A DNA stretch of 64,000 nucleotides from Candidatus Poribacteria bacterium (GCA_965242965.1 OZ251518.1:5568001-5632000), one strand, 5' to 3'; counted from the stretch's first letter, positions 19,504 through 30,893 are shown. Notes: generated by a model from the letters alone, not told the origin. Numbers and translations: made by a program.

Positions 19504-21567
19504 ATGAAAACGGGACACTTTTTGCTTTTGTCGTTACTTATCGCTGCAGCTTTCCTTTGCGCTGATGCCTTCGCGCAGGATTCTCCGCAATGGCATTTAC
19601 CGGAAGGAGCTCGGATGCGCCTTGGGAAAGGTTGGATAAGGGCCCTCGCGTATTCCCCTGATGGAAACCGCCTTGCAGTAGCCAGCTCCATCGGGATTTG
19701 GTTTTACGATGCACATACCTACGAAGAGCTCGCGTTGCTCACGGGGCATCCGGAGGGTGTCACCAGTCTCACCTTCAGTCCCGATGGCAGCATGATTGCT
19801 ACCGGCGGGGGAGACGGAACAGTCCGGCTGTGGGATGCTGAAAGTCATCAACTTCACGCGTCCTTCCCGGTAGGGGGCGGCTCCGTTTCTACTATCGCCT
19901 TTAGTCCGGACGGTAGCACGCTTGCTTGTGAGAATTGGGATGAGGTGATTTTATGGGATGTTTCCAGCGGCCAACAGAAAACGCCTCTCACCCCTGAGAA
20001 TGAAGATGATCGGCTTACCTCGATTTCCTTTAGTCTGGATGGTAGCACGCTTGCCGCCGGGTCTCAACAGAACGTGTTGATCTGGGAACTTGCCACAGGC
20101 GAAAGGATAGCAACGCTCGCTTTCCATGATAACAACGAGCGACAGGAAAACACTGTCTGGGAGGTTCGCTACAGTCCCGACGGGAGGACACTCGCTGCTG
20201 GGAGTTCGGAGAAAATAGTGCTGTGGGATGTTGTGACAGAACAACCGAGGGAAACCCTCTCCGTTGATGGAGAGGGTGCTTATGTCCTTGCTTTCAATCC
20301 TGATGGAAGCATGTTGATAAGTGGGCGATGGAGCAATTTGCATCTGTGGGATACCGCGACAGGCGAGCATCAAGCCGCGCTGACAGCGCATCTAGGGAAT
20401 CTGCGTAGCATTACCTTCAGTCCTGACGGTAGCACTATCGCAAGCGGTGGCGGTGCAGAGTTGCATTTGTGGGATCCCGTCAGCGGTGCGCGCAAAGCCG
20501 CTCTTACAGGACATACGAGCACCATCTATCAACTCGCGATGAGTCCGGATGGACGCACCCTGGCTTCGGCAGGCGGAAGGGACGAGTTGATACTTTGGGA
20601 CGCAGCCAACGGTGCGCGCAAAGCGCGTCTCGCTGGGCATGATGAGTGGGTTTACTGTGTCGCCTTCAGTCCGGACGGTAACACGCTTGCAAGTTTCAGT
20701 TGGGACATCTACTTTTGGGATGTTGCTACTCGGCATCTCAAAACTATCTCCAGAGGTTGGACAGGGACTTCTTTTTCCTCTTCGGGCGGCGGTTATGCTC
20801 TCGCTTACAGTCCCGATGGCAGTCTTCTTGCCAGTACCATTGGAGATAGTGCGGTGCGGCTGTGGTATGCCGGCCGCACCTACAAAACGAAGTTGCCTCA
20901 CAGAAATGTATCTGCAATCGCTTTCAGTCCGAACAGCAGGACGCTTGCCAGTGGTGGGCGCGATAATACGGTGCGCTTGTGGCATGTTGCCACGGGCGAG
21001 CAGCAAGCTGAGTGGACTGGGCATACGGGCGGCGTTAGTGCCCTGGTCTTTAGTCCTGACGGTAGGACACTCGTTAGCGGCGGGGGTTGGAAGGACAACA
21101 CGGTGCGGTTATGGAACGCTGTCACAGGCGAGCCGAAAGCCACATTCGTTGGGCATACAGGCAGTGTCAATAGCCTTGTTTTTAGTGCGGATGGCCGCAC
21201 CCTCGCAAGTGCTGGCGGTTGGGAAGACAGGACGGTGCGGTTATGGGACGTTGCCACTGGCGAACTCAAAACCGTTCTCAGGGGACATACAGGTGGTGTC
21301 AATAGTCTTGTCTTCAGTGCGGATGGCGGCACCCTCATCAGCGGGAGTTCCGACAGCACAATTCTCTACTGGAATGTGGCATTAACACCGCCATATCTCG
21401 CGGCCGATGTGAATCGTGATGGTATTGTTACGCGCGCGGATATGGATTTTGTCGCGGCGCGGTTTGGACAAACTGGCTCCAACGAAGCAGATGTCAATGG
21501 TGATGGCGTTGTCAACATTCTAGATATTGTCGTGGTATCAAGGGCTCTCAGCGCGCCGAGGGAATAA
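19504..21567 (+). CDS. Secreted WD40-repeat protein with C-terminal dockerin-like domain
   Basis: Many GH..FSPDG..LWD repeats; ADVNRDG..ADVNGDGVVNILDIV. Confidence 0.9.
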   Translation: MKTGHFLLLSLLIAAAFLCADAFAQDSPQWHLPEGARMRLGKGWIRALAYSPDGNRLAVASSIGIWFYDAHTYEELALLTGHPEGVTSLTFSPDGSMIATGGGDGTVRLWDAESHQLHASFPVGGGSVSTIAFSPDGSTLACENWDEVILWDVSSGQQKTPLTPENEDDRLTSISFSLDGSTLAAGSQQNVLIWELATGERIATLAFHDNNERQENTVWEVRYSPDGRTLAAGSSEKIVLWDVVTEQPRETLSVDGEGAYVLAFNPDGSMLISGRWSNLHLWDTATGEHQAALTAHLGNLRSITFSPDGSTIASGGGAELHLWDPVSGARKAALTGHTSTIYQLAMSPDGRTLASAGGRDELILWDAANGARKARLAGHDEWVYCVAFSPDGNTLASFSWDIYFWDVATRHLKTISRGWTGTSFSSSGGGYALAYSPDGSLLASTIGDSAVRLWYAGRTYKTKLPHRNVSAIAFSPNSRTLASGGRDNTVRLWHVATGEQQAEWTGHTGGVSALVFSPDGRTLVSGGGWKDNTVRLWNAVTGEPKATFVGHTGSVNSLVFSADGRTLASAGGWEDRTVRLWDVATGELKTVLRGHTGGVNSLVFSADGGTLISGSSDSTILYWNVALTPPYLAADVNRDGIVTRADMDFVAARFGQTGSNEADVNGDGVVNILDIVVVSRALSAPRE

Positions 21568-21624
21568 ATTGCGGGTGGTTCATACCTGAAGAGACCAGGA
21601 GACGTTTTTTCCCTAGCGCGAGTG

Positions 21625-22116
21625 ATGGCGAGGGGAACCCGCTCGGATGCGCGTGTGGCATCCGAGGGCCCTCGCCCTACGGTGAAAGGGAAACGGCCTT
21701 GCCTACCGTAGCGCGGGGGCCTGTCCCCCGCGTTGGCCAGCGTCAAGCGGTGGCGTTTTAGGTCCTTTAGGTCCTTAATGTCTATAGAAAAACGTGTCGT
21801 TCTGTTTTCAAGGTCCTTTAGGTCCTTAATGAAAAACACGCGGACTTGGCAAAAACTATTAAGGACCTAAAGGACCTTAGAGTTTTTCGCGTCGTTGAGT
21901 GCTATAGACATTCAGGTCCTACGGACCTGAAGAGAACAAGAGACGTTTTTTCCGTAGCGCGAGGCATGGCGAGGGACAGGCCCTCGCCCTACGGTAACGC
22001 ACGCCGTTTTTTTCGTAGCGCGGGGCCCCTCGGATGCCATACGCGCATCCGAGCGGGTTTCCCCCGCGATCGTTGGAGTGCGCGGACGATATCGAGACCA
22101 GGAGGACTCTCCTACC
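21625..22116. repeat. REP cluster including family E (AGGTCCTTTAGGTCCTTAAT) element
   Basis: Family E element at ~21760-21930, also at 42430-42600 and 60998-61175. Confidence 0.85.
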
Positions 22117-22174
22117 GGGAAGACATTGATATATGAAACTCTCAATAAATTTCAAACACGCGGAGGACGAACCT

Positions 22175-24376
22175 GTGAAAATTTTGCAAGTCTTCATCAT
22201 CAGTCTACTGAGCGTCTCATCCCTTTTTGCAGAGGATGTCACGCGGTGGCATTTACCGGAAGGTGCCACGTTTCGCATTGGGAGAGGCTGGATAAGCGAT
22301 AACGTCGCTTTCTCACCCGATGGCACTCGGCTTGCTGTTCCTACCGGTATCGGTATGTGGATATACGATGCGCGCACGCTTGAACCACTGAACCTGTTTC
22401 CCGGCGTGCATCACGGGAGTGCCTTCAGCCCGGATGGGAAAACGCTCGTCAGCGCAACGGAAGAAGATACGCTGCGGGTGTTTGATAGTTTCACCGGGCA
22501 ACAAAAATTGGCACTTGGAGGACAGACACACTGGCTCCGAAGTTTTGTCTTCAGTCCGGATGGGCAAACCCTCATCAATGGTGGGTATGACGACACGGTG
22601 CAGGTGTGGGATGCTGTTACCGGACAACATCAGGCGACGTTCGTAGGGCACACCGATAGTGTCTCGGCTCTCGCCTTCAGTCCGGATGGCAGCACGTTTG
22701 CGAGTAATGGATGGGAGGACAACACCGTCCGCCTGCGGGATGCTGTCACGGGGCACGTTATCTTAAGACTCACTGGCCACACCGAGAACGTCAATGCCGT
22801 TGCCTACAGCAGTGATGGGCGAACGCTTGCAAGTGGCGGATTTGGCTTTGGCGGCAAGGTGCGGCTTTGGGATACCGCTACCGGTGAGCAGCTCGCCGTT
22901 TTCATTGGGCATACGCGCAGCGTTGCCGCACTCGCCTTCAGTAACGATGCGCGCACCCTTGCGAGTGCCAGTTGGGATGGCACCGTCTGCCTGTGGGATG
23001 TGCCTTCCCGCAGTTACAGAGCCACCCTTGAGCATTCGCACGGCGTTATGAGCATCGCCTTCAACGCGGATGGGCGCACTTTGGTTAGCGTGCCTTGGGC
23101 AGGCACCCTACATCTGTGGGATACCGTTACCGGACAAGAGAAGGCAATCCTTGAAGCCCACGCGCTCAATGGCGCGCGGGTTGCCTTCAGTTCCGACTGG
23201 CAAACCGTTGCAAGTGGGGATGATGACAGAAAAATCCGATTGTGGGATATGCGCACTGGCGAACTAAAAACCACCTTCCCCGGCCACGCCAGTTCCATTG
23301 TATCCATCGCTTTCAGTCCAGATGGGCTGACGGTTGCCAGCGGCGGTGGCGGGCTCGGTGACAACACGGTGCGGTTGTGGGACGCGGAAACCGGGCACCT
23401 CCAAACTGTCCTCACGGGCCACACGCGCGCGGTGTCAAATCTTGCCTTCAGTCCCGACAGCAAAACACTCGCTAGCGCGAGTCCCCTCAAAATATGCCTG
23501 TGGGACGTGATAAGTGGACACCACAAACGCACGTTCCTTGTGGAAAGGGGCTGGCGGATTTTCAGGTGTCTTGCCTTCAGTCCTGATGGCAAGACGCTCG
23601 CTGGGACAGATACAGGCGACGTACTCCTGTGGGATGCTGACACCGGACAGCTCAAAGCCACTCTCACCGGGCATGCATCGGACCGCGGGGTTAGCAGCAT
23701 CGCCTTCAGTCCAAACGGCGAAACTCTTGCTAGTGTAAGTCTGGACGAGGTGTTCCTATGGGACACTCGCACCGGGATGCGCAAGGCAGTCCTCAGTGAG
23801 CAGACAGAAATCTCAAGTCTCGCCTTCGGGCCGCGTGGCCGCATTATCGCCAGCGGAAATATCAAAGGGACAGTGCTTTTATGGGATACACAGACAGGCG
23901 CGCCCATCGGTTCATTCACCGGGCACGCCGAGTCTGTGAGTGCCCTCAAATTTCGTTCTGATGGACAATCTCTCGCCAGCGCGGGTTCTGGAGGCACTGT
24001 GCTATTGTGGGATGTATCCTCTCACTTGCAAGAATTGCGCGCAACTATTCCAGCACCGACACAGATTGATATTGCGCGAATTCACGAGACTGCCTTGTTG
24101 CCAAATTACCCCAATCCGTTCAACCCGGAGACGTGGATACCGTATCAGTTGGCAAAACCTGCAGCAGTGACGGTGCGCATCTATGCCGCGAGCGGACAAC
24201 GCATCCGCACGTTGGCACTCGGCTATCAACAGGCAGGGAGTTATCGTCAGCGTCACCGTGCGGCGTATTGGGATGGGAAGAATGCGCGCGGTGAATCGGT
24301 AGCGAGCGGCGTGTATTTTTATACGTTGTCTGCCGGCGGGTTCACCGCCACGCGGAAGATGTTGATTCGGAAATAA
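22175..24376 (+). CDS. Secreted WD40-repeat protein with FlgD-Ig/T9SS-like C-terminal domain
   Basis: WD40 repeats; LLPNYPNPFNPETWIPYQL..YWDGKN..GESVASGVYFY..RKMLIRK; GGAGG RBS before GTG. Confidence 0.9.
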   Translation: MKILQVFIISLLSVSSLFAEDVTRWHLPEGATFRIGRGWISDNVAFSPDGTRLAVPTGIGMWIYDARTLEPLNLFPGVHHGSAFSPDGKTLVSATEEDTLRVFDSFTGQQKLALGGQTHWLRSFVFSPDGQTLINGGYDDTVQVWDAVTGQHQATFVGHTDSVSALAFSPDGSTFASNGWEDNTVRLRDAVTGHVILRLTGHTENVNAVAYSSDGRTLASGGFGFGGKVRLWDTATGEQLAVFIGHTRSVAALAFSNDARTLASASWDGTVCLWDVPSRSYRATLEHSHGVMSIAFNADGRTLVSVPWAGTLHLWDTVTGQEKAILEAHALNGARVAFSSDWQTVASGDDDRKIRLWDMRTGELKTTFPGHASSIVSIAFSPDGLTVASGGGGLGDNTVRLWDAETGHLQTVLTGHTRAVSNLAFSPDSKTLASASPLKICLWDVISGHHKRTFLVERGWRIFRCLAFSPDGKTLAGTDTGDVLLWDADTGQLKATLTGHASDRGVSSIAFSPNGETLASVSLDEVFLWDTRTGMRKAVLSEQTEISSLAFGPRGRIIASGNIKGTVLLWDTQTGAPIGSFTGHAESVSALKFRSDGQSLASAGSGGTVLLWDVSSHLQELRATIPAPTQIDIARIHETALLPNYPNPFNPETWIPYQLAKPAAVTVRIYAASGQRIRTLALGYQQAGSYRQRHRAAYWDGKNARGESVASGVYFYTLSAGGFTATRKMLIRK

Positions 24377-24384
24377 CGCCTTGC

Positions 24385-24584
24385 CTACCGTCGCGCGGAA
24401 AGGGGTCGGCTTTGCCCACCGTAGCGCGGGGGCCTGTCCCCCGCGATCGCCCGCGTGCTCCAGAGACTGTAGTTCGGGATCGCCTGATCCCGAACGGGTC
24501 AAGAGCACGGCCGCCTCACCTACCGTAGCGCGGGGGCCTGTCCCCCGCGATCGTTGCTTGGCAAGGGCCAGGCCCTCACCCTAC
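24385..24584. repeat. REP cluster between convergent genes
   Basis: A, D, A units. Confidence 0.85.
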
Positions 24585-25297
24585 GAACTCGGGACGTTTT
24601 TCTGCAACGCCGCCGCCAATCCCGCAAAATCGCTCACCGTCACATCCGGCTGATAAGGCGTATCTTCATACGGCAATTCGTAGCGATTGACGAACGCACC
24701 GCGATATCCACACGCCCGCGCGCCCATGATGTCAAACGAATTCGCTGATACCATGAGGCACTCGTTGACTTCAAGTCTCAATGTTCTCGCTGCGCCACGG
24801 TAGACTGCCGGATGCGGTTTGAACGCGCCGAAGGATGTCACCGAAATCACATCGTCAAAGTCCCACTTGACGCGTTCGGTGACAAGGTAGTCTAAAAAAC
24901 TCGGGTCGCCGTTGGAAAGCACCACGAGTTGATAATCAGTTTGCAGGCGTTCCAATGCCGACAGCACCTCTGGAAATGGAGAGAGGGATTGCCATCCTAC
25001 CATAAATGCTTCCACTGTATTAGGAGTTGCCGCAATGCCGTTGCGGCGCAGAGTGTAGTGCAGGGCGCGGCGCACCGTTTCCAGGTAGCCGCTATGTCCG
25101 AGCATCGTTATCGTATCTTGATATTGTTCGATGCGTTGTCGGTATCGCCACTGCTCCCAGAAACTCGCCGCTGATATGTCAACAGCGCGTTCTTCCAGCG
25201 ATTCGGCGATGAAGGGAGTGAGACTGCCCCCGAGGTCTAGAATTGTGCCGAACAGGTCAAAAGTCAGTGCTTTAATGCGAGAAAACTCTGTCATCAT
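24581..25297 (-). CDS. Haloacid dehalogenase type II
   Basis: FDLFGT, LSNG, FKPHPAVY, VSANSFD. Confidence 0.88.
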   Translation of the reverse strand: MMTEFSRIKALTFDLFGTILDLGGSLTPFIAESLEERAVDISAASFWEQWRYRQRIEQYQDTITMLGHSGYLETVRRALHYTLRRNGIAATPNTVEAFMVGWQSLSPFPEVLSALERLQTDYQLVVLSNGDPSFLDYLVTERVKWDFDDVISVTSFGAFKPHPAVYRGAARTLRLEVNECLMVSANSFDIMGARACGYRGAFVNRYELPYEDTPYQPDVTVSDFAGLAAALQKNVPSS

Positions 25298-25394
25298 TTT
25301 TCCTTTTTCGCGGATAAAATTCATAGCGTGTGCGTATTATACTGGTATTTGGGATTAATTGCAAGCGTGTTCCAAGTGCGGCCTTCCCGCGGTC

Positions 25395-25725
25395 CGTAGG
25401 GCGAGGGCCTGTCCCTCGCCGTGCCAAGCAGGAGCAGGATTTACAAGATTTCCAAGATTAGGAGCAGGATTTACAAGATTTCCAAGATTAGCAAGATGAG
25501 TCCGTAGCGCGGGGGCCTGTCCCCCGCGATCGCTCGCGTAACCCAGAGATCGTCGTTCGGGATCGCCTGATCCCGAACGGCGTATGGCGAGGAGAACCCT
25601 TTCATGGCCCGTAGCGCGGGGGCCTGTCCCCCGCGATCGCCCGACCCGCGCGAAAAACGCACACCAGCCAAGGCCGTTTTTCGTCCAGATCGAGGCATGG
25701 CGAGGGACAGGCCCTCGCCCTACGG
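25395..25725. repeat. REP cluster plus ~9-nt-period CAAGATT repeats
   Basis: B, A, D units; CAGGATTTACAAGATTTCCAAGATTAG twice. Confidence 0.85.
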
Positions 25726-25763
25726 TAAGCTGCACGTTTTTTCACGGTGAAACGGCACGTTTC

Positions 25764-26756
25764 CTACTCATCAAGCCAACTCATCATGCTACGGAGATTT
25801 TTGCCGACTTCTTCGATCTGATGTTCCGTTTCTTGCCGACGAAGCGCGCCGAGGACAGGCTGATTCGCTTGATTTTCTAGCACCCACTCCCGCGCGAAAA
25901 TGCCGCCCTGCACATCCGCTAAGATTTGACGCATCCGGTCGCGGACACTATCGTCAATGAGCACCGGACCGCGCGTCAGATCCCCGTATTCCGCGGTGTT
26001 GCTGACATCGTTGCGCATTTTGCTCAAACCACCCGTGTAAATTAGATCGACGATGAGTTTTAACTCGTGGAGGCACTCAAAATATGCCATCTCCGGTTGA
26101 TAACCGGCTTCAACGAGGGTATCAAAGGCGGCTTTGATGAGTGCAGCGGTGCCGCCGCACAAGACTGCCTGCTCGCCGAAGAGATCTGTCTCGGTCTCCT
26201 CACGGAAGGTTGTTTCGATGACACCGGCGCGGGTGCCGCCGATGCCTCTGGCATAAGCGAGCGCGACATCGCGCGCCATGCCACTGGTGTCCTGATGAAT
26301 AGCGATGAGACACGGCACACCACCACCGCCTTCAAATACCTCACGGACAAGAGAACCAGGTCCCTTCGGCGCAATCATCGCCACATCAATATCGGCGGCG
26401 GGGACGATCTGCCCGAAATGGACGCTGAACCCGTGCGATACCAGCAGCATGTTGCCAGCCTGCATATTCGGCGCGATTTGCTCGCGGTAAACGGCGGAGT
26501 GCAGTTCGTCGGGGATAAGCACCTGCACGACATCCGCCATCGCCGATGCTTCCTCGACGGTTTTGACGGTGAGTCCTTCGGCTTCGGCGCGCGCTTTGGA
26601 GCGGCTGCCTTCGTATAAGCCGACAATGACGTTCGCACCGCTGTCTTTGAGGTTAAGCGATTGCGCCCTGCCCTGCGCACCATAGCCGATGACTGCGACG
26701 GTGCGCTGTTTCAGCAAATCGAAATTCGCATCGCTATCGTAGTAAATTGTTGCCAT
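25764..26756 (-). CDS. ilvC: Ketol-acid reductoisomerase
   Basis: [27 protein letters not shown]. Confidence 0.97.
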   Translation of the reverse strand: MATIYYDSDANFDLLKQRTVAVIGYGAQGRAQSLNLKDSGANVIVGLYEGSRSKARAEAEGLTVKTVEEASAMADVVQVLIPDELHSAVYREQIAPNMQAGNMLLVSHGFSVHFGQIVPAADIDVAMIAPKGPGSLVREVFEGGGGVPCLIAIHQDTSGMARDVALAYARGIGGTRAGVIETTFREETETDLFGEQAVLCGGTAALIKAAFDTLVEAGYQPEMAYFECLHELKLIVDLIYTGGLSKMRNDVSNTAEYGDLTRGPVLIDDSVRDRMRQILADVQGGIFAREWVLENQANQPVLGALRRQETEHQIEEVGKNLRSMMSWLDE

Positions 26757-26828
26757 TTTTTGTTGTTCCTCCTACATTTGTCTGAAGCAGGATTGACTGG
26801 ATTTCCAATTAATCCTGTGATTCCTGAT

Positions 26829-27332
26829 TCAGCCGCTCGCCCCGCGCAGCATAGCGATTTTGCCAGTGCGGGCCAATTCAAGAATGCCGTAGGTGTCAAG
26901 AACCTCAAGTGCCGCGTTCAGTTTCCCCTCATCGCCGGTGATTTCCAGCGTGAGTGAGGCGGGTTTCACGTCAACGACGCGCGCGCGGAAGATTTCTGCG
27001 ACTTGTAGAATATCGGCACGTTCATGAGGTTGCGCGCTGAGCTTGATGAGAACGAGTTCGCGCTCAACATGCGTACCGGTGGAGAGGTCTGTCACCTCGA
27101 TTACGTCTATCAGCCGGTTGAGATGCTGGTAGATCTGCTCAATAATTTGCGCGTCGCCGTGTGTGACAAGCGTCATCTGTGAGATGCTTTCGTCGTGCGT
27201 TTCGGCGACGTTGAGGCTGTCAATATTGAAGCCTCGCCCGCTGAAAAGCCCTGCGACGCGGGCGAGGACTCCGAATCGGTTTTCGACTAAAACCGAAAAA
27301 ATGTGTCGTTCATCTGAGTTGATGTTTTCCAT
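26829..27332 (-). CDS. ilvN: Acetolactate synthase small subunit
   Basis: VENRFGVLARVAGLFSGRGFNIDSL, ELARTG. Confidence 0.96.
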   Translation of the reverse strand: MENINSDERHIFSVLVENRFGVLARVAGLFSGRGFNIDSLNVAETHDESISQMTLVTHGDAQIIEQIYQHLNRLIDVIEVTDLSTGTHVERELVLIKLSAQPHERADILQVAEIFRARVVDVKPASLTLEITGDEGKLNAALEVLDTYGILELARTGKIAMLRGASG

Positions 27333-27353
27333 TTTTTAAATATTGTTTTTAAT

Positions 27354-27830
27354 CGTAGGGCTTGGGCCCTCGCGTGCCACACGCGCATGCGAGCGGGTTT
27401 CCCTCGCCATGCAACGATCGCGGGGGACAGGCCCCCGCGCTACGGTGAAAAAAACATGCCGATTACCGTAGGGCGAGGGCCTGTCCCTCGCCATGCTGCG
27501 ATCGCGGGGGACAGGCCCCCGCGCTACGGGCCCACGAAAATTGTTTCTAACCGAAGGGCGAGGGCCTGTCCCTCGCCGTGCTATCGGACACGCGTGCGCA
27601 TCCCCTCTGTAGGGCAAGAGCACCTGATCTTGATCCGTTCGGGAGCAGGTGCTCCCGAACTACAGACTCTGGAGCACGCGGACAATCGCGAGGGACAGGC
27701 CCACGAAAATTGTTTTTAATCGTAGGGCGAGGGCCTGTCCCTCGCCCTACGGGCCAATAAGAATTGTTTCTAACAGCGATCGCGGGGGACAGGCCCCCGC
27801 GCTACGGGCCGACGGGGTCCCGCGCTACGA
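27354..27830. repeat. REP cluster inside the ilvB-ilvN operon
   Basis: Multiple A, B and D units. Confidence 0.88.
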
Positions 27831-27857
27831 GCCAAAAGGTTATTGCATCACCATAAC

Positions 27858-29534
27858 TTAAGACAACCCGCGGATGACATCGCCGAGGCCCGCGCCAGCA
27901 GGCACCATCGGGAAGACATTCTCCTCTTCTGCCACGATGAAATCGATGACAACAGGACCATCGTCAATCCCTTTCGCCTTCTGTAAAGCGGGACGGACAT
28001 CTTCCACATGCTCAACACGGAGTCCGGTCGCGCCGAACGCCTGCGCCAGCATCGCGAAATCGGGGTTATCGTGGTAATCAACAGCCGAATAGCGTTTGCC
28101 GTGGAACAACTCCTGCCACTGCCGCACCATCCCCAAATACATGTTGTTGATGATGAAGATTTTAAGCGGCAGCTTCAGCGTAACCGCCGGCACGAGCTCC
28201 TGAATCGTCATGATGTAGGAGCCATCGCCGTTGATGTTCACCACAGTCTTGTCCGGACATCCAAGTTGCGCGCCGATGGCGGCAGGCAAACTGAACCCCA
28301 TCGTGCCGAGGCCGCCGGAGTTGAGCCACTGCCGCGGCTCCGTAAATTTGAAATACTGCGCCGCCCACATCTGGTGCTGTCCGACATCCGCAACGACGAT
28401 GGCATCACTGTAATGCTCGTAAATCTGCTCGATGACATACTGCGGCATCACCTTGCTGCCCTGCTGTTCATATTCAAACGGATATTTCTGCTTCCATTCC
28501 TGAATCTGAGCGCGCCACGGGTCGATGTCTGCTTTGGTGACGAGTTTGTTCAGTTCGGTGAGGACGCTCTTCGCATCGCCGACGATTGGCACGTCTGTCG
28601 GCACGTTTTTCCCGATGCACGATGCGTCAATGTCGATGTGAATTTTCTTGGCGTTCGGCGCGAATTTCCCGAGGTCTCCCGTAACCCTGTCATCAAATCT
28701 GGCACCGATGGCGACAACCAGGTCTGCGTCCGTGAAGGCGTAATTCGCGCAGCAGGAGCCGTGCATGCCGGGCATCTCCATTGCAAGGGGATGCGTCTCC
28801 GGAAACGCGCCGAGCCCCATCAACGTGACGGTAATCGGAATGCCGGTTTTAAGGGTGAGCTCGCGCAGCTCCGCCGAGGCATCCGCGAGGACAACGCCGC
28901 CGCCGGCGTAGAGCATCGGACGTTTCGCACGCTTCATCAACTCCGCCGCTTTGGCAATTTGACCCGGGTCGCCGTGAACTTGCGGTTTGTAACTGCGGAT
29001 GTCCACCGATTCGGGATAATGATAAGGTGCCTCCTTCATCTGGGCATCCTTGGCGATGTCAATGACGACGGGCCCCGGCTTCCCGGTGCTCGCGATGTGA
29101 AACGCTTCGGCGACGACATCCGCCACCTCGTCGCTACTTTTGATGAGGTAACTGTGCTTGCAAATCGGGCGCGTCACGCCGATAATGTCACACTCTTGGA
29201 AGGCATCGCTGCCAATATAGTGCGTGAATACCTGTCCGGTAATCGCCACCATCGGGATAGAATCCATGTAGGCGGTTGCGATGCCGGTAACAAGGTTCGT
29301 CGCGCCCGGCCCTGAGGTTGCAAGGGCGACTCCTACTTTTCCGGTGGCGCGGGCGTAGCCGTCAGCGGCGTGTGAACAGCCCTGTTCGTGCCGCATCGGG
29401 ATGAGGTTTATATCTGTCTCACCGTAGAGTGCGTCGAAAATCGGCATCGCTGCACCACCGTTGACACCGAAGATATACTCAACGCCTTCCCGTTTGAGAC
29501 TTTCAACCAGGCTTCTGGCTCCTGAGAGTTCCAT
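27858..29534 (-). CDS. ilvB: Acetolactate synthase large subunit
   Basis: RHEQG, TSGPGATN, SGGLGTMG, GDGS..NN TPP motif, GMVRQWQ. Confidence 0.97.
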   Translation of the reverse strand: MELSGARSLVESLKREGVEYIFGVNGGAAMPIFDALYGETDINLIPMRHEQGCSHAADGYARATGKVGVALATSGPGATNLVTGIATAYMDSIPMVAITGQVFTHYIGSDAFQECDIIGVTRPICKHSYLIKSSDEVADVVAEAFHIASTGKPGPVVIDIAKDAQMKEAPYHYPESVDIRSYKPQVHGDPGQIAKAAELMKRAKRPMLYAGGGVVLADASAELRELTLKTGIPITVTLMGLGAFPETHPLAMEMPGMHGSCCANYAFTDADLVVAIGARFDDRVTGDLGKFAPNAKKIHIDIDASCIGKNVPTDVPIVGDAKSVLTELNKLVTKADIDPWRAQIQEWKQKYPFEYEQQGSKVMPQYVIEQIYEHYSDAIVVADVGQHQMWAAQYFKFTEPRQWLNSGGLGTMGFSLPAAIGAQLGCPDKTVVNINGDGSYIMTIQELVPAVTLKLPLKIFIINNMYLGMVRQWQELFHGKRYSAVDYHDNPDFAMLAQAFGATGLRVEHVEDVRPALQKAKGIDDGPVVIDFIVAEEENVFPMVPAGAGLGDVIRGLS

Positions 29535-29610
29535 GCCAATTCTCCTATAATGCGTAGCGCGAGGCCCTGGGCCCCGCGAACGCCAAAACGTTTCCAGCAA
29601 GGTGATAATT

Positions 29611-29652
29611 AAAAAAAGCCCAACTCGTTCCAAATTTGGAGACGAGAAGGGC
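29611..29652 (-). terminator. Intrinsic terminator of the T-box leader
   Basis: GCCC..CTCGT..ACGAG..GGGC followed by T7; overlaps the antiterminator. Confidence 0.8.
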
Positions 29653-29932
29653 TGCAAAGGTCCTTTCCGTGGTACCACTCCAATTCTCTTTCTCATTGCC
29701 GTGCGGTGCGCGCCTATCCAGAAAAGCGCGACGATACGGCTAAGAAAGAGCACTCATTCGGATGCGATAACGGGCATCACGCCGGCCCATCCTAATGCGT
29801 TCTGGCATCGGACGGTTCAGATGGGCAGCTCGGGGGCGACATTCAGTCAAGGTAACTTGAGGAGACTTCTCAGCCTACGAGTCTCCCGCTCTGGCAAGGC
29901 CGGACGACTTACTCCTCCCCTTCAACGCTTTT
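29611..29932 (-). ncRNA. T-box riboswitch, probable Val (GUC) specifier
   Basis: Minus strand: Stem I with AGUA, AGAG, GCUGAGA and GAAU-GUC-G; T-box GGAG-UGGUACC-ACGG pairing with CGUCUCC; terminator with U7. Confidence 0.85.
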
Positions 29933-29959
29933 CGATGACTGGATAGACTCGCGTCTATC

Positions 29960-30271
29960 CTAAAGATGACTTTTGAAGTCTGGCTCATCAGACTCCAAGC
30001 GGCGGATTTCGGTGTGCTTCTTGCGGAGTTTTCTAACACCGATTAGCATCCCCACGATATACACTCCGACAAGCAACCAACGATACGGATACGGTGTTAT
30101 CCAAAGTAGCCCGACATAGAGGGACACCACGGGCCAAACTATCGCGGCGGCTTTCACGACGAAAGCGCGTTCTTTCGGGCCCTGCGTGGAGACGATGGCA
30201 AGGGCTGTGCCGAGGATGCCGCCGAGGATGCCAATGATTCCGCCAATTATTCCTACCATGTTTTGATCCAA
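29960..30271 (-). CDS. Small membrane protein; start uncertain
   Basis: Three hydrophobic segments and a basic C-terminus. Confidence 0.65.
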   Translation of the reverse strand: MDQNMVGIIGGIIGILGGILGTALAIVSTQGPKERAFVVKAAAIVWPVVSLYVGLLWITPYPYRWLLVGVYIVGMLIGVRKLRKKHTEIRRLESDEPDFKSHL

Positions 30272-30842
30272 ATCGAGACCGGGAGGGCCTGTCCCTCGCC
30301 ATGCGTTTGGCTGTCAGACCGCATCACTCCTGTAGGTCAAGATCGCCTGATCTTGACCCGTTCGGGATGCGGTGAAAAAACGCCTCCCCTTCACCGTAGG
30401 GCGAGGGCCTGTCCCTCGCCAGCGTTCATGCGCCGGACCCTGTAGTTCAAGATCACCTGATCTTGAACTGTTTGTGATCAGGCGATCACAAACTACAGAG
30501 GAAACACACATCGTGACGATGGAGATCGCGGGGGACAGGCCCCCGCGCTACGATAAAAAAACGGTTCTTGAACCATCGCGGGGGACAGGCCCCCGCGCTA
30601 CGGTGAAAAAAACGGCCCCTTTCACCGTAGGGCGAGGGCCTGTCCCTCGCCATCGTTCATGCACGCACAATCCAACGCTCGCGGGGGAAACCCTCTCGGA
30701 TGCGCGTATGGCATCCGAGGGCCCCCGCGCTACGATAAAAAAAAACGATTCTTGAGCCATCGCGGGGGACAGGCCCCCGTGCTACGGGATAATCGAGCCC
30801 CGAGGTCTCTCCTACCCGAAGACATCAAGACCGGGAGCTACA
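30272..30842. repeat. Large mosaic REP cluster
   Basis: B, D, A and C units. Confidence 0.88.
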
Positions 30843-30864
30843 ATGCATAACACGGTTATTATTA

Positions 30865-30893
30865 AGTATACCACATTTTAAGCGAAATGTCAA
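30865..30893 (-). promoter_or_regulatory. Sigma70 promoter
   Basis: TTGACA-N17-TATACT on the minus strand, with extended TG. Confidence 0.75.

Noticed and set aside
2332-29315. Long antisense ORFs such as 2332-3813, 23014-23997 and 28008-29315
   Set aside because: They are shadow frames opposite well-supported genes in GC-rich DNA, with no motifs.
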